From: Squalus acanthias
Lineage: Eukaryota
Direction: 5' to 3'
Assembly (NCBI GenBank): GCA_030390025.1
Contig: CM059432.1
Span: 126,048,001 to 126,112,000, forward strand
DNA: 64,000 nt
Shown: in pieces, positions 15,117 through 28,767 of the stretch
Position numbering within the stretch: the stretch's first letter is position 1
Layout: every line of letters starts with the position of its first letter
The notes under the pieces: generated by a model
Seen by the model: the letters and a program-made list of their open reading frames with translations, nothing else
The model's database searches: none
What the model was told of the DNA's origin: nothing
Made by a program: the position numbers and the translations under genes

Positions 15117-15300
15117 TTTAAGGGGAGGCTGGACAAGCATATGAGGGAGAAGGAAATAGAGGGTTACGCTGATATTAGAGTTAGATGAGGAAAGACGGGA
15201 GGAGGCTCGAGTGAAGCATAAACGCCGGCATGGACTGCTTGGGCCGAATGGCCTGTTTCTGTGCCATATATATCCTATGTAATCCTATGTAATGTATGTA
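15117..15300 (+). mobile_element. CR1-type LINE 3' tail
   Basis: TTTAAGGGGAGGCTGGAC..GGGCCGAATGGCCTGTTTCTGTG with terminal ATCCTATGTA repeats; a longer relative lies at ~60110-60425. Confidence 0.7.
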
Positions 15301-15493
15301 ATCCGTTTAATGAATAATTTACCACTCAAACAAATTTGAACTTATTGTTTTGAGAGATTGGGACAGGAGTTATATTTAATGCTGATGGAGGGTTGCCATG
15401 GGAACTAAACATTTTCTGGTTGATGATGTACTTTCCAAACATGTCTCCACTGGTTGAGAGTACCTGTTGAGCTCAGCAACAGTATTCCCGATC

Positions 15494-15923
15494 AGAACAT
15501 AGAAACATAGAAACATAGAATCTAGGAGCAGGAGTAGGCCATTCGGCCCGTCGAGCCTGCTCCGCCATTCAATACGATCATGGCTGATCATCCAAATCCA
15601 GTACCCTGTCCCTGCTTTAATCCCCACAGTACACATATCCCACCCTACCCCCGTAACCCCACGTATTTAATTCCCCCTAACATATCCCATCCTATCCCCA
15701 TATTTAATCCCCCCTAACACTAAGGGTCAATTTATCATAGCCAAATCAACCTAACCCACACATTTTTGGACTGTGGGAGGAAACCGGAGCACCCGGAGGA
15801 AACCCACGCAGACACGGGGAGAATGTGCAAACTCCACACAGACAGTCACCCGAGGTCAGATTCGAACCCGGGTCTCTGGCGCTGTGAGGCACCAGTGCTA
15901 ACCACTATGCCACCGTGTTGCCC
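15494..15923 (-). mobile_element. V-SINE (HE1-like) with CR1-derived tail
   Basis: tRNA-like head (TGGCATAGTGG; GGTTCGAATC), V-domain-like GTCTGCGTGGGTTTCCTCCGGGTGCTCCGGTTTCCTCCCACAGTCCAAA, and a 3' tail matching the CR1 end at 8185-8298 with (TTCTATGT)n. Confidence 0.8.
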
Positions 15924-17383
15924 TGTGGTGACCTACGACATGAGGAAAAGAATGACAGATGTAAAGTAAAGAGGAGGAGCAAGGTTGTTCACTCATTGTT
16001 ACCTTTGTTGCGTAGGTTGAGATCTTGCTAGCCTGCTATTTGGAAAATCATTTGAAAAATGTTTGGTCAGAGAAATTATTGTTGAGGACGTCAATATGTG
16101 GGATTAGGGATTAGGTGGAAAAGCCAAAAGATGGCATGGACCTGTTGATGTTAGAACATGTCAATCCTCGAATGAAAGTTCTGGCATATTCCCTCCAACA
16201 GTTCAAAGGTAAAGTCACTGTCTCACATACAGCCCAGGAGGATCCCAAATTCAATCCATGGTCTATACTGAGTTACCTGATCTCAGCAGGGATAGTGTTA
16301 GGAGTGCTACATTAGGACACAGTTGCCCCTGTACCTTACCCAAGTGGCCATTATTCGAGTGTACATCTCAATAGCAAGGGGTGGCAAACTATTCAACTGT
16401 GGTAGACATAACCATCAAGCCTGCTGCTGTCCTTACTCCACACACATGGACTTTCAGCGGGAGCACTGGATAAGTGGGAACCTTGTCAAATTTCCTTCCC
16501 TGACCCTGAAGCTAATGATAGTACCCTACCCTGACTGAGAACAAACCAGGAATCAAACCATATCTCAAAGAAAGCAGTCTTTATATCTAAGTAATTGGAG
16601 GAACTACCAACGCCCGAATAGGCTACACGCAAGAACCAATCAGAAGGTGGAGAGCAGCCTGATGCCAGAATGCAGAAACTGGCAACATTAGTCTGGCAGT
16701 TTAGAAAGTAGGTTGTCTTCTGATTTTTCAATTGCCGAACTAATCAGGGTATTAGTTCCACTGATGGGTTTATATTAGAGTTGGATGCAATTTTTATTAT
16801 TTTCAAATGTTTTTGGTTCATGGTGAAAGTGTAGGGGATTTAGTAAACAGTTCCATCTGCGTTTTAGAAATTTGGGTTAATTCAATTCAAACTGAGCTGT
16901 AAGAAATCAGAATCGTCCTGCAAATGGCACACAAAGAACATCAGAGAGAATGCGTAAGAGTGAAGGACTTTTGGACATTTCAGGATTTTTACTCTGCAGA
17001 ACTCCAGAGTTTCATCCGTCATTCAGATGTATATAATAAAACAGAGGCTGTCTTTACAACTACAGTCCGAGTTGTTTTATTCACAATAGGAACAACTACC
17101 ATTGAATCAACTTTTCAAAACAAATTCACTGTAAACATGCGGTTAGATGATATGATTGTTTGATGTCCTCTTCAAATTAATCTAAGCATAACCTGTGTTT
17201 TTTTTCTCTTGCCAATTACCCCTCTTCCCCTTCTTTCATGAAGGTGTTGATACCTTGCTAGATATGATATGCCCTTTGTTACCTCACTGAAATAGCCATT
17301 ATTCATTTGTGAGTCTTGATTATGTGTATCGGCAGGCTATTTGACCACGAGGCATCAGTTAAGCCCAATCCTGTCTGTAAAAA

Positions 17384-19150
17384 GGGGGGGAATTTTTCGG
17401 GGGGTCAGCGGGCGCGTTCGGTGGCGGGTCAGGGGGGAAAATGCTTTTTTTTGACAGTGGGTCGGGACCCCGCCGCCACGCGCCTTTCCCAGATGTCAGA
17501 TCTGTCAGCGCTGAACAGACACGACATGCAGCGGTGGGGTAGGCAATTCAGGTCATTATGACATTGTTAACAGCCCACTAAGAAGTATTTTGAGCTCACC
17601 TTTACATTTTATGAGGTCGCCCACAGGGTCCATGCTGCTCAGGGATCATGTCAGGTAAGAAGGTCGGGAGTTGTATGACCATGGAATCATCTCATTACTT
17701 GACAGCTGCAAATGTGCTATAAAAGCTCCCATCTCACATCTGTTCACTTTCCAGGCTCAGAAGCTGTTGCTTACTTCATTTGGAAGAGAGATTGAGCTTT
17801 ATGCAGGTTGCAAGTGTTTGGAGTAAACTCTCTATCCAGTATCACCTCATTGGAACAACCTCTCTCACCACTGACAGATTGCTTCTATCATCTCAAGTTC
17901 ACCTGCCATCTATTACATTAGCATCAGTGCCCTTGAAACTCTCTCACCTTGGTCTCAGAATCCCCCCATGATCAGCCCCAACACCAGCAGCACCAGGCAC
18001 ACCAGCATCACCCCCACAACACCAACCTTCTCCGCAATCACCTGATGCTGCACACGACACAGGGCATCAGCACCCGACAACATTGCTGCCCAGGAGGCCT
18101 GGGATGGCCTCACCATGGCCAGATTTACTTCACTTGATGCTGTACACCCTGGCTGCCACATGATGCGCCAGGTTGGCACCACCCCACACCAATACCATAA
18201 AGCATCCCTACAATGCCCAAGCCATTCCTTTCACACTCATCACCATTGTTGGGGATACCGTTATGTCTCACCATTCACTGCAACTCACTAAGCCACTTCC
18301 AAAGGTTCACACAAATCTGTCCAAGAATGCAAAGTGTTGAACATAAATATTTCAATTTTTGACAGCACATTAACAGAAACTTCACATGAATATTGGCTAA
18401 AACACACAAGTGCCTACCCTTGTGTGTTGTTAGTTGGTAAAATTGGACAAGGATGAGGGTGAGTGTGAGGGGTGACTAGTGAGATGGGGAAGTGATAATA
18501 TAGATAGCGAGGGATGGGTGGAGGTGCAAGGTAAGTTGGTGTGAGTAAGGATGTGCAGTGTGCAGGAGTAGGGTAGGGAAGGCAAAGTGATGGGGATGTG
18601 ATGAGTGGCACAGCAGGATGAGGTTGAGTGTTGCTTTGCAGTAACATTTCGTGATCTACTGAGATCATTGAAAAGTTTGCGCCACTGCAGCCTGGTCCTC
18701 CCGACGACATCCCTGCTTGTGTCCTCCTGTGCAATGTGCAACCAGGCTGCGTTGATCTCCTGGGGAGGTCTCTTCCGCCCATTGGAAGGGAAGAGAACCT
18801 CCCTGCGTGCTGTGGCTCCCTCCATAAGCATATGGAGGGAGTCATGGGAGAGCCTGGGTGCAGCCGTGCACCTCTGTGCAGTGATTGTCAGTGTTTGCAG
18901 CACCTCAATGCTGTAGAACACTGACAGCACAAATTTTCTAATCAATTTGTGCATGGTCCCTTTAAGGAAACCGGCTGATGACGCGTCATCAAATGATGTC
19001 ATCAGACCCGCTTCCTTCAATTGGCCGGCAAACGCGCTGGGTGGGCTTAACAAGCCCTATTAATGGAAAGTCATTTTGGACAGCGGGCTGGAGCCAGCAG
19101 TGGGGTTGGGACCTGCCACGGACCCGCCAAGGTTGGTAATATCCAGCCCA
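17384..19150. mobile_element. Internally deleted PIF/Harbinger element with a Myb/SANT-like ORF remnant on the minus strand
   Basis: Ends GGGGGGAATTTT / AATATCCAGCCC. Minus ORF part ~18650-18870 (AAPRLSHDSLHMLMEGATARREVLFP..AAWLHIA..RTRLQWRKLFNDL) resembles the Harbinger Myb-like (NAIF1-type) protein. Confidence 0.8.
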
Positions 19151-20135
19151 ATGTCTCCTATCCAAATATATTCAGTAACTTCTTTTCTACTAATGCCTCC
19201 TCTATTTCTGCTCCACAACAAATACAATCTGAACAATGTGTCTGAGAACTAGTTCAATTGAGCTGTGTATTTAACTAATGATAACATAACACAAGTGGTG
19301 ATAACATAATGATCCCAAGAGCTGTTAATCTGTACATTATGCAAATATTATATCTCTCTTCCTTTGAAAAAAGAAAAATAAGAAAAACTAATCAATATTC
19401 TCTTACAATTATGGTTTTAATTGACAAACTTGTCTTCAAAGGCTCCCTGTAGAGATCTTGAGTATTTGTTAATTGTAAACTCAATTTTGCAATTTCTTTT
19501 TTCTTTTTGACTGTAGTTGATATTAAACAAAGTAGCATTTCACACCTAATTAGAATCCTTCAATTTCAATGAGGTTTGATCAATCCGCCTCTTGATAATT
19601 TATTTTCTTCTATTCGAGATCCTGATGGCTTCAGACGCCTGAGTTTACTTGACTTCAGAACTTGAGTTGCTGTTCCCTCTGTGGTTCATTCTACTGCATC
19701 TAATGTGGGTTTAACTTCAACATCAGACTTGCTGAAGTAGCTTTCAATTATTCACAGTCTCTGCTTCTGTACAATTTTAGATCCACCTAGCATTTTGTAA
19801 ATTAATTAAGACATTTCCTTGTTTTCACTAATTGTCTGTAGTGTTCTCCACTTCCTAAATTCTAGGGGCAACTCTCTTATCATGCTTATCATTCTTTCAC
19901 AGATTTTTGATACCTCCAGGATTTGGTAGGATCCTTACAGCATCTTCTTTCTTACTGTAATATTGGCCTAGAAATTCCGTTCCCTACGGGTGTGTACGCG
20001 CTGTGTACTCACCCGTAGGGCCAACGGAAGTGCCGGTTTTACGCATGCACTGCGCATGCGCTGGAAACCAGAACTTCCGTTCTCTGCAGAAAGGGCTTGA
20101 CTGGACAAACGCCTGCGCCGGATAGGCAGTGCGTA

Positions 20136-21525
20136 CATAGAGTCATACAGCACAGAAAGAGGCCCTTCGGCCCATCGTGTCCGCGCCGGCCATCAAGCCC
20201 TGTCTATTCTAATCCCATTTTCCAGCACTTGGTCCGTAGCCTTGTATGCTATGGCATTTCAAGTGCTCATCTAAATGCTTCTTGAATGTTGTGAGAGTTC
20301 CTGCGTCTACCACCCTTTCAGGCAGTGAGTTCCAGATTCCAACCACCCTCTGGGTGAAAAAGTTTTTCCTCAAATCCCCTCTAAACCTCCTGCCCCTTAC
20401 CTTGAAACTATGCCCCCTGGTTATTGACCCCTCTACTAAGGGGAAAAGTTCCTTTCTATCTACCCTATCTATGCCCCTCATAATTTTGTACACCTCAATC
20501 AGGTCCCCCCTCAGCCTTCTCTGCTCTAAGGAAAACAACCCCAGCCTGTCCAGTCTCTCTTCATAGCTGAAGCGCTGCAGCCCAGGTAACATCCTGGTGA
20601 ATCTCCTCTGCACCCTCTCCAATGCAATCACATCCTTCCTATAGTGTGGCGACCAGAACTGCACACAGTATTCCAGCTGTGGCCTAACTAGCGTTTTGTA
20701 CAGCTCCATCATAACCTCCCTGCTCTTATATTCTATGCCTCGGCTTATGAAGGCAAGTATCCCATATGCCTTTTTAACCACCTTATCTACCTGTCCTGCT
20801 GCCTTCAGGGATCTATGTACATGCACACCAAGGTCCCTCTGATCCTCTGTCCTTCCTAGGGTCCTACCATTCATTGTGTATTCCCTTGCCTTGTTAGTCC
20901 TCCCAAAATGCATCACCTCACACTTTTCAGGGTTAAATTCCATTTGCCACTGTTCTGCCCATCTGACCAACCCGTCTATATCGTCCTGTAGCCTGAGGCT
21001 TCCCTCCTCGCTATTTACCACCCCACCAATTTTCGTGTCATCTGCGAACTTACTGATCATACCTCCTACATTCATATCTAAATCATTAATGTACACTACA
21101 AACAGCAAAGGACCCAGCACCGATCCCTGCGGTACACCACTGGACACAGGCTTCCAGTCACAAAAACAACCTTCGACCATCACCCTCTGCCTCCTGCCAC
21201 TAAGCCAATTTTGGATCCCATGGGCTCTTACCTTCTTGATCAGTCTCCCATGCGGGACTTTGTCAAAAGCCTTACTGAAGTCCATGTAGACTACATCAAC
21301 TGCACTACCCTCATCCACACACCTAGTCACCCCCTCGAAAAATTCAATCAAATTGGTCAGACATGATCGCCCCCTGACAAAGCCATGCTGACTATCCTTG
21401 CCTCTCCAAGTGGAGACTAATTCTGTCCCTCTGGCCTATAATTCCCTGGTTTATCCCTACTACCCTTCTTGAATAATGGTACTACGTTAGCTGTTCTCCA
21501 GTCCTCTGGCACCTCCCCTGTGGCC
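20136..21525 (-). mobile_element. Young 5'-truncated CR1 LINE with an open 380-aa RT C-terminal segment (20209-21351)
   Basis: VYMDFSKAFDKVPH, GVPQGSVLGP, KFADDTK, LEYCVQFWSP; 3' CTCTATG tail; small internal deletions. Confidence 0.95.
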
Positions 21526-21526
21526 A

Positions 21527-22730
21527 TGATGCGGTGTTGGACTGGGGTGGACAAAAATGAGAAGTCGCACAACACCAGGTTATAGTCCAAGGGGGAAAAA
21601 TTAGGTCGCGCCCCATTTGGGGCGCAAATATCGTCTGGACACAAATATTAGCGCCTGGCGCTAATTATCGGCACTGACTGGAAACTTCACTTTTACCGCC
21701 CCGGGAGGTGAGTGGAGCGCTAAATCAGGCGCTGCACACCTGTCTTAAGGCGCAAAGGCCAAGGAGTGAGGCGCTAACTCAGAGCGCTGGCGAAGCTCAT
21801 GTAATGTCAGTCAGCAATGGAACTCACACACAATGGCACGGGCTAGTTCTTAAAGGGGATGGTTAATCTTGCTTTCCATCCACATCCTGTTCATTGCAGC
21901 CTTGAATCTCGGCCTGGAGAGACTTGCACATCAAATGTGCTGGAAAGAACAATGGAGAGTACCAGGCAAAGAGCTCAGAGTGCAGCTCCCACAGTCTCTG
22001 CTAAATCGATACAACGAATGGCAAATCAAAATGAACCTGCAAAGTGCTGCTCAGTACCCAAAACTCCTTCACACAACGTTGAATCTCTCCAGAAGTCTCT
22101 CCCTCTCTCTCTCAGAATGCGTAGTTCAAAAATGCCACCAACAATAAAAGACAGGAAGAGGCCCCCCTTTAAATAGCGCCCCCCCCAGCCCCACAGCGAT
22201 TGATAGCGTTCCAGTCTTCTGGTCGTTGGATGCGCCAGGCGGTAAGGCAGGGGGCGCCACTCAATTTCCGCTCCGGGGCGCCACAAGGGCGTTGCACCAT
22301 GGAATGACGTCACAATCTGCGCGCGCAGGTGGTCGCAGCGGTAAAGTTTAGCGCCGCCGCACAATCTCTAGTTAAGTTCCCGAGCGGCGCAAACATCGCA
22401 GCGCCCGGGCGTTAGCGGCTTTGCGCCCCATTAGCGCCCTCTTCAGGCGCTAACGGGAGGCGCAATCAACTGAATTTTTACCCCCAACAGTTTTATTTGA
22501 AATTACGTGCTTTCGGAGCGCTGCTCCTTCGTCAGGTAAAGTGAGGGAATACAAAACAGATACAAAGCATATATAGACAGAGAACAATGTGTTTCTGACT
22601 GCCCTCCATCACACCACCTTGGCAGAGATACAATCAGTCAGGAAGGCATTACATCAAAGACACAGCAAAATACAGCTAAGACAAAGAGGTGGGGTCACAG
22701 GGGGTCCAACGTGTCCCTGTCACCCCCTGT
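21527..22730 (-). mobile_element. Penelope-like pLTR fragment split by a MITE (21527-21590 and 22485-22730)
   Basis: Colinear with 56975-57270; contains a degenerate hammerhead core at 22505-22540. Confidence 0.8.
21591..22484. mobile_element. Harbinger-type MITE, family A
   Basis: TIRs GGGGGAAAAATT / AATTTTTACCCC; 3-bp TSD CAA restores Penelope TAGTCCAACAGTTTT; inverted homolog of 40872-41724. Confidence 0.9.
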
Positions 22731-23200
22731 TTTACTTATGTTTTGGGGCTGATCTCTATTCATAGATTTGACAGGTCTTCCTGTCAAATCTATGAATGGA
22801 GATTCCCTGCTCTGATTGGCTCCCCATGGCCCACGTGATCCAAGGGACGCTGCGATCCGCCTGCGCCCCTGGGGTACGTGGGCCCTGCACACCGGCCGTT
22901 TGAAGCGGCCCAGCAACGGAATTCTGCGCCTCCTGGGAGCCCTCCGGTCCAGGTGCAGATCTTTCCGGATCGCAGCCCTCCGCCCGTGGGAGGGCTGCGA
23001 ATGGAATTTCTGGGCCAATGTGTTTTGTGTTCCTTTGTTGTAACAATGTGCTTGTTTCTTCTAACTCTTCCCTATCTTTTTGGCACCACCTTCCATAATT
23101 CTGGGGTTAAAAAGCTTACAGCAGTACATTGTGGTTCTTCATGATGTCAGACTTTGCTTTGGAGAAGAGTCATATCCTTCTTTTGGAATGTTTTGCCAGT

Positions 23201-23661
23201 GTGTCAGCCGTGGCTCAGTGAGTCGCACCCTCGCCTCTGAGTCAGAAAGGTTGTGGGTTCAAGTCCCACTCCAGAGACTTGAGCACAAAAATCTAGGCTG
23301 ACACTCCAGTGCAGTATTGAGGGAGCGCTGTACTGTCGGAGGTGTCTTTTTTCGGATGAGATGTTAAACCAAGTCTGCTCTTTCAGATGGACGTAAAAGA
23401 TCCTATGGCACTATTTTGAAGAAGAGCAGGGGAGTTATCCCCCGTGTCCTACCAATATTTATCCCTCAATCAACATCACTAAAACAGATCTTCAGGTCAT
23501 TATTACATTGCTGTTTGTGGGAGCTTGCTGTGCGTAAATTGGCTGCCGCGTTTCCTACATTACAACAGTGACTACACTTCAAAAAGTACTTCATTGGCTG
23601 TAAAGCGCTTTGGGACATCCCGTGGTCGTGAAAGGCGCTGTATAAATGCAAGTCTTTCTTT
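23201..23661 (+). mobile_element. Deu-SINE (SacSINE1-like), full length
   Basis: A box TGGCTCAGTG, B box GGTTCAAGTCC, central GAAGAAGAGCAGGGGAGTT..TTGCTGTTTGTGGGAGCTTGCTGTGCG, L2-like tail; TSD CCAGT. Confidence 0.85.
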
Positions 23662-24339
23662 CCAGTAAAGCAGGACTGAGTAAAGGTTTTGATGATTTAT
23701 CTTGGATTTTTCCAGCAATCCTTTTGTTGTTTTAAATGCAGTCACTACTTTGCCATTGGATTGTGCATAATCTGGAAATGATGTCAAGAAGAGCTATGAG
23801 GATGAGTCCTTGGCCGCGAATTTAATTCTGGAGATGGGATGGGGTGGGGTGGGTCAGCTGGTTTCCAGGTTCTGGTCCCAGCCCCAGCTATCTCCGCTCT
23901 GCAGACGTGATTTTTCCTTGATTGGCCTTGTTACCGGCCAATTAACAGGAAGCGGGTCTGATGACGTCATTTGATGACGCGTCATCTGCCGGTTTCCTTA
24001 AAGGGACCATGCACAATTTTACTTTGACAGTTGATCTGTCAGTGTTTGGCAGCATTGAGGGGCTGCAAACACTGACAATCACTGCACAAAGGTGAACGCT
24101 TGCACCCAGGCTCTCCAATGACTCCCTCCATATGCTTATGGAGGGAGTCACAGCACGTAGGGAGGTTCTCTTCCCTTCCAAGGGCGGAAGAGACCTCCCC
24201 AGGACACCAACTTACCTTGAACCTCCAACCAACCCTCTCTATCTACTTTATCACTTCCCCATCTCACTAGACACTCCTCACACTCACTCTCATCCTACTG
24301 CAAGCATACCAACGAACAACACACAAGGGTAGGCACTTG

Positions 24340-27300
24340 AGAGGTCATAGAGTCATAACGGCACAGAAGGAGGCCATTCAGCCCATCGAGTCATAGAGTC
24401 ATAATGACACAGAAGGAGGCCATTCAGCCCATCGAGTCATAGAGTCATAACAGCACAGAAGGAGGCCATCAGCCCATCGAGTCCGTGCCAGCTCTCTGTA
24501 GAGCAATCCAGTCAGTCCCATTCCCCCGCTCTATCACCATAGCCCTGCAAGTTTATTTCCCTCAAGTGCCTATCCAGTCTCCCCTTGAAAACATTGAGTG
24601 TCTCCGCTTCCACCACTTCCGTCGGCAGCGAATTCCAGGTCATCACCACTCGCTGCGTAAGAAAGTTTTTCCTCAAATCCCCCGTGTATCTCTTGCCCAA
24701 AACCTTAAATCTGTGTTCGCTAGTCCTTGTGCCATCAACTAGTGGGAACAGCCTTTTCCCATCTAGCCTATCCAAACCCGTCATAATCTTGTACACCTCT
24801 ATCAAATCACCCCTCAACCTCCTTTGCTCTAATGAAAACAAATCCAGCTTCTCCAACCTGTCCTTGTAGCTAAGATCCCCCATCCCCAGAACCATTCTGG
24901 TAAATCTCCTCTGCATCCTCTCAAGGGCCTTCACATCCTTCCTAAAATGTGGTGACCAGAACTGGACTCAATACTCCAGTTGTGGCCTAACCAGCGCTTT
25001 ATAAAGGTTCAGCATAACTTCTCTACTTTTGTACTCAATACCTCTATTTATGAACCCAAGATCCCATATGCTTTGTTAACCACTCTCTCAATATGTCCTG
25101 CCACCTTCAGGGACCTATGCACATTAACTCCCAGGTCCCTCTGTCCCTGCACACTCTTTAAAACTGTGCCATTAAGTGTATATTGCCTCTCCCTGTTCCT
25201 TCTGCCAAAATGCATCACCTCACACTTTTCTATATTAAATTCCATCTGCCACTTGTCTGCCCATTCTGCTAGCCTTTCCATGTCCTGTTGCAGTTGATTG
25301 ATATCATCTTCACTGTTTGCCACACCCCCAAGTTTGGTGGCATCGGCAAATTTAGAAATTCTACTCTGTATGCCAATATCCAGGTCATTTATATAATCAA
25401 AAAAAGCAGTGGCCCCAGCACTGACCCTTGGGGAACACCATAGTCTACCATCCTCTAGTCTGAAAAACAGCCATTTACCACAACTTGCTGTTTTCTATCC
25501 TTAAGCCAATTACTTATCCAAGCTGCCACTGACCCACCTATTCCATGAGCCTCAATTTTGTTAACCAGCCTTCTATGTGGTACTTTGTCAAACGCCTTCT
25601 GAAAATCCATGTAGACAACATCCATTGCATTCCCTTCATCAATCTTCCCTGTTACTTCATCAAAAAATTAAATTAGATTAGTCAAACACGATCTGCCTTT
25701 TACAAATCCGTGTTGGCTCTCCTTAATTAGCTTAAACCTCTCCAAGTGCCTGTTAAATTTTTCCTTGATTATTGTTTCTAAAACTTTACTCACTGATGTT
25801 AAACTGACCGGCCTGTAGTTACTAGGATTGTCCTTACACCCTTTCTTGAACAATGGTGTCACATTTGCCACTTTCCAATCCTCAGGCACCTCCCCCGCAT
25901 CTAGGGAAGATTGGAAAATTATGGCAAGCCCTTCCGCTATCTCCTCCCCCAATTCCCTTAGCAATCTGGGATGCAAGCCATCTGGACCAGGCGACTTATC
26001 CACTCTAAGCATAGCCAACCTTTCTGGTACATCCTGTCTATCAATTTTCACCCTTTCCATTGCTTCTACCTTTTCCACTTCTACCGATATTTTGTCAGCA
26101 TCCACCTCCTTAGTAAACACGGATACAAAGTACTCATTGAGTATTCTAGCCTTGCCCTGTGCCTCTAAGCATATATCACCTTCTTTGTCACTAATAGGCC
26201 CCACCCCGCCTCTTACAACCCGCTTACTGTTTACATGCCGGTAGAAGATTTTTGGGTTCCCTTTTATGTTAACCACCATTCTACTCTCATATTCTCTCTT
26301 TGCCAATCTTATTTTCATCTTCACATCCCCTCTCAACTTATTGTATTTGGTCTGGTTCTCCCTTGAAGAATTCACCTGAAATGCTTCATACACCCTCTTT
26401 TTTTGTTTCATCATCTTCTCAATCTCCCTCGTCATCCAAGGAGCCCCTGCTTTGGTTCCCTTACCCTTCCCGCTTGTTGGAATTTACCTAGCCTGTACTT
26501 GGAACATCTCCTCCTTAAAGATCACCCATTGTTCCATTACAGTTTTTCCTGTCAGTCTTTGGTTCCATTTTACCGACTAGTTCCTTTCGCATCCCATTGA
26601 GGTTAGCCCTATTCCAGTTTAGAAGTTCCACTCTAGATTGTTCCTTGCTCCTCTCCATTGCTAATCTAAATCTTATGATACGTTGATCACTCGTACCCAA
26701 GTGTTCTCCCACAGACACTTGGTCGACCTGGCCCACCTCATTCCCCAGCACCAGATCCAGCAATGGCTCCTTCCTAGTTGTGCCAAGAACATATTGGTCA
26801 AGGAAATTCTCCTGAACACATTTCAGAAATTCCTCCCCCTCCTTTCCCTTTACCCTACCGTTATCCCAATCGATATTTGGGTAATTAAAGTCCCCCAATA
26901 TCACCACTCTATAGCTCTTGCATATCTCTGCGATTTCCCTGCAGATTTGCTCCTCTACCTCCCTCTCACTATTTGGAAGCCTAAATAATACCCCCAATAG
27001 CGTGATCATAACCTTTTTGCTCCTCAACTCTAACCAAATGGATTCTGTCCTTGTCCCCTCAAGAACATCCTCCCTTTCCAACACTACAATGTCTTCCTTA
27101 ATCAGCACTGCCACCCCGCCTCCCTTTTTTCCTTCCCTATCTGTTCTGAACACCTTGTACCGTTGAATATTAAGTGCCCAGTCCTCACCGCTTTTAAGCC
27201 ACGTTTCTGTTATTGCCACAACATCATATTGCCACACGGCTAATTGTGCTTGTAGCTCATCAACCTTATTCACCACATTTTGTGCGTTTACGTACATGCA

Positions 27301-28380
27301 TTTTAAACCCATTTTTTGTAGTCTTTCTTAGTCTGCTCCTATCTAATATGGTACTACTACCGCCTCTAGTACTACTTTCTTATGTAGTACTATGCAACAC
27401 ACTCACTCTTTTATGCACCTTATTCCTCTTTTCTACTCCTATATGCTGGTGCCCATCCCCCTGCCAAGCTAGTTTAAACCCTCCCCAACAGCACTAGCAA
27501 ACCTCCCCACGAGAATATTGGTCCCGGCTCTGTTGAGGTGTAACCCGTCCGGCTTGTACAGGTCTCACCTTCCCCAGAAACGGTCACAATGCCTCAGGAA
27601 TCTAAAGCCCTCCCTCCTGCACCATCTCTCCAGCCACACATTCATCTGTTCTATCCTCCTATTCCTGTACTCACCAGCACGTGGCACCGGGAGTAATCCG
27701 GAGATTACTACCTTTGAGGTCCTGCTTTTTAATCACTCTCCTAGCTCCCTAAACTCTGCCTGCAGGACCTCTTCCCTCTTTCTGCCTATGTCGTTGGTAC
27801 CGATATGGACAACGACCTCTGGCTGTTCAGCCTCCCCCCTCAGAGTGTCCTACAGCCGCTCAGTGACATTTTGGCCCTGGCATCAGGGAGGCAACTTACC
27901 ATCCTGGAGTCACGTCTACGGCTGCAGAAACGCTTGTCTGCTCCCCTAAATATCGAATCCCCTATCACTATTGCTCTTCCACTCTTTTTCCTCCCCCCGT
28001 GTCGCTGTAGCGTGGTGCCGTGGACTTGACTCTGGCTGCACTCCCCAGAGGAACCATCCCCCTCACCAGTACTCAGAACAGAATACTGGTTGGCGAACGC
28101 GATGCACTCCGGGGACTCCTGCACTACCTGCCTGGTCCTCCTCTTCTGTCTGGCGGTTACCCATTCCCTCTCTGCCTGCACACTCTTAAGCTGCGGGGTG
28201 ACCACCTCTAGAAACGTGCTACCCGGAGCTCGAGTTACTGTAGCTGGCGACACTTCCCACACATGTGGTCGTCCAGGCTACGCGAATGTCCAAGACTTCC
28301 CACATGGCACAGGATGTGCACTTCATGGGACTGAGCTGCCCTGCCATGCCTCTATTTAATAGACTATGAACTAACCCAGC
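24340..28380 (-). mobile_element. Near full-length CR1 LINE with ORF1 and ORF2, both disrupted
   Basis: ORF1: CTSCAMWEV zinc-finger-like start and SGNH-esterase-like AIVIGDSI..RMVSCLP. ORF2: EN (YVNAQ, AITETW, ILGDFNYP), RT (SPGPDG, QHGFVKGRSCLTNL) and C-terminal domain. Confidence 0.95.
24344..24480 (-). repeat. Three tandem ~46-bp copies of the CR1 3' terminus
   Basis: GTCATAGAGTCATAA..CACAGAAGGAGGCCATTCAGCCCATCGA starting at 24344, 24390 and 24436. Confidence 0.9.
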
Positions 28381-28767
28381 AGAAATAAACTTTAGCCAAT
28401 GTCCATGTGAAGTTTCTGGTAATGTGTTATCATACAGTGTTATATCTTTTTCCAAAAGTGCCCCTTATTGGACAGATCTGAGCGCACCTTGAGAAGTGTC
28501 TTACTGAGTTCCAGTGATTGTTCAGTCATAACACCAGCCCCACCTCCCCCCTCCCCCACCCCCCCCCCCCCCCCCCCCCCTATAGTGATGCATGTGCATG
28601 GAATGGCTTGGACATTAAAGGGATGCTTTATGGTGCTGGTGTGGGATGGTGTCAACCTGGCGCATCATGTGGCAGCCAGGGTTTACAACATCAAGTGAAG
28701 AAAATCTGGCCATGGTGATGCCATCGTTGGCCTCCTGGCCAGCAATTTTGTCAGGGGCTGACACCCT

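Larger units (their letters stand above)
19965..23016. mobile_element. Harbinger-type MITE (arms ~19965-20135 and ~22740-23016) carrying nested CR1, Penelope and MITE insertions
   Basis: TIRs GGCCTAGAAATTCC / GGAATTTCTGGGCC; flanks ATT/AAT (2/3 TSD); Gypsy remnant continues on both sides. Confidence 0.55.
19400..23810 (-). pseudogene. Ty3/Gypsy integrase remnant in three pieces (~23662-23810, ~23020-23200, ~19400-19964)
   Basis: TSFPDYAQSNGKV..KTTKGLLEKS..YSVLLYW then QNIP..SSPKQSL..KQAHCYN follows the Gypsy integrase order (SPxxPQSNG..RNTP..SPAQ). Confidence 0.65.

Noticed and set aside
20246..21289. Plus-strand ORFs opposite CR1 (also 6611, 24585, 25828, 34282)
   Set aside because: Antisense frames of LINE ORF2 with no independent coding evidence.
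23201..23275. tRNA genes (also 6000-6084, 15850-15923, 38698-38770, 52130-52215)
   Set aside because: A/B boxes run directly into SINE/LINE bodies, and I saw no convincing cloverleaf.
24344..24480. CRISPR-like array
   Set aside because: No unique spacers; these are tandem copies of a LINE end in eukaryotic DNA.
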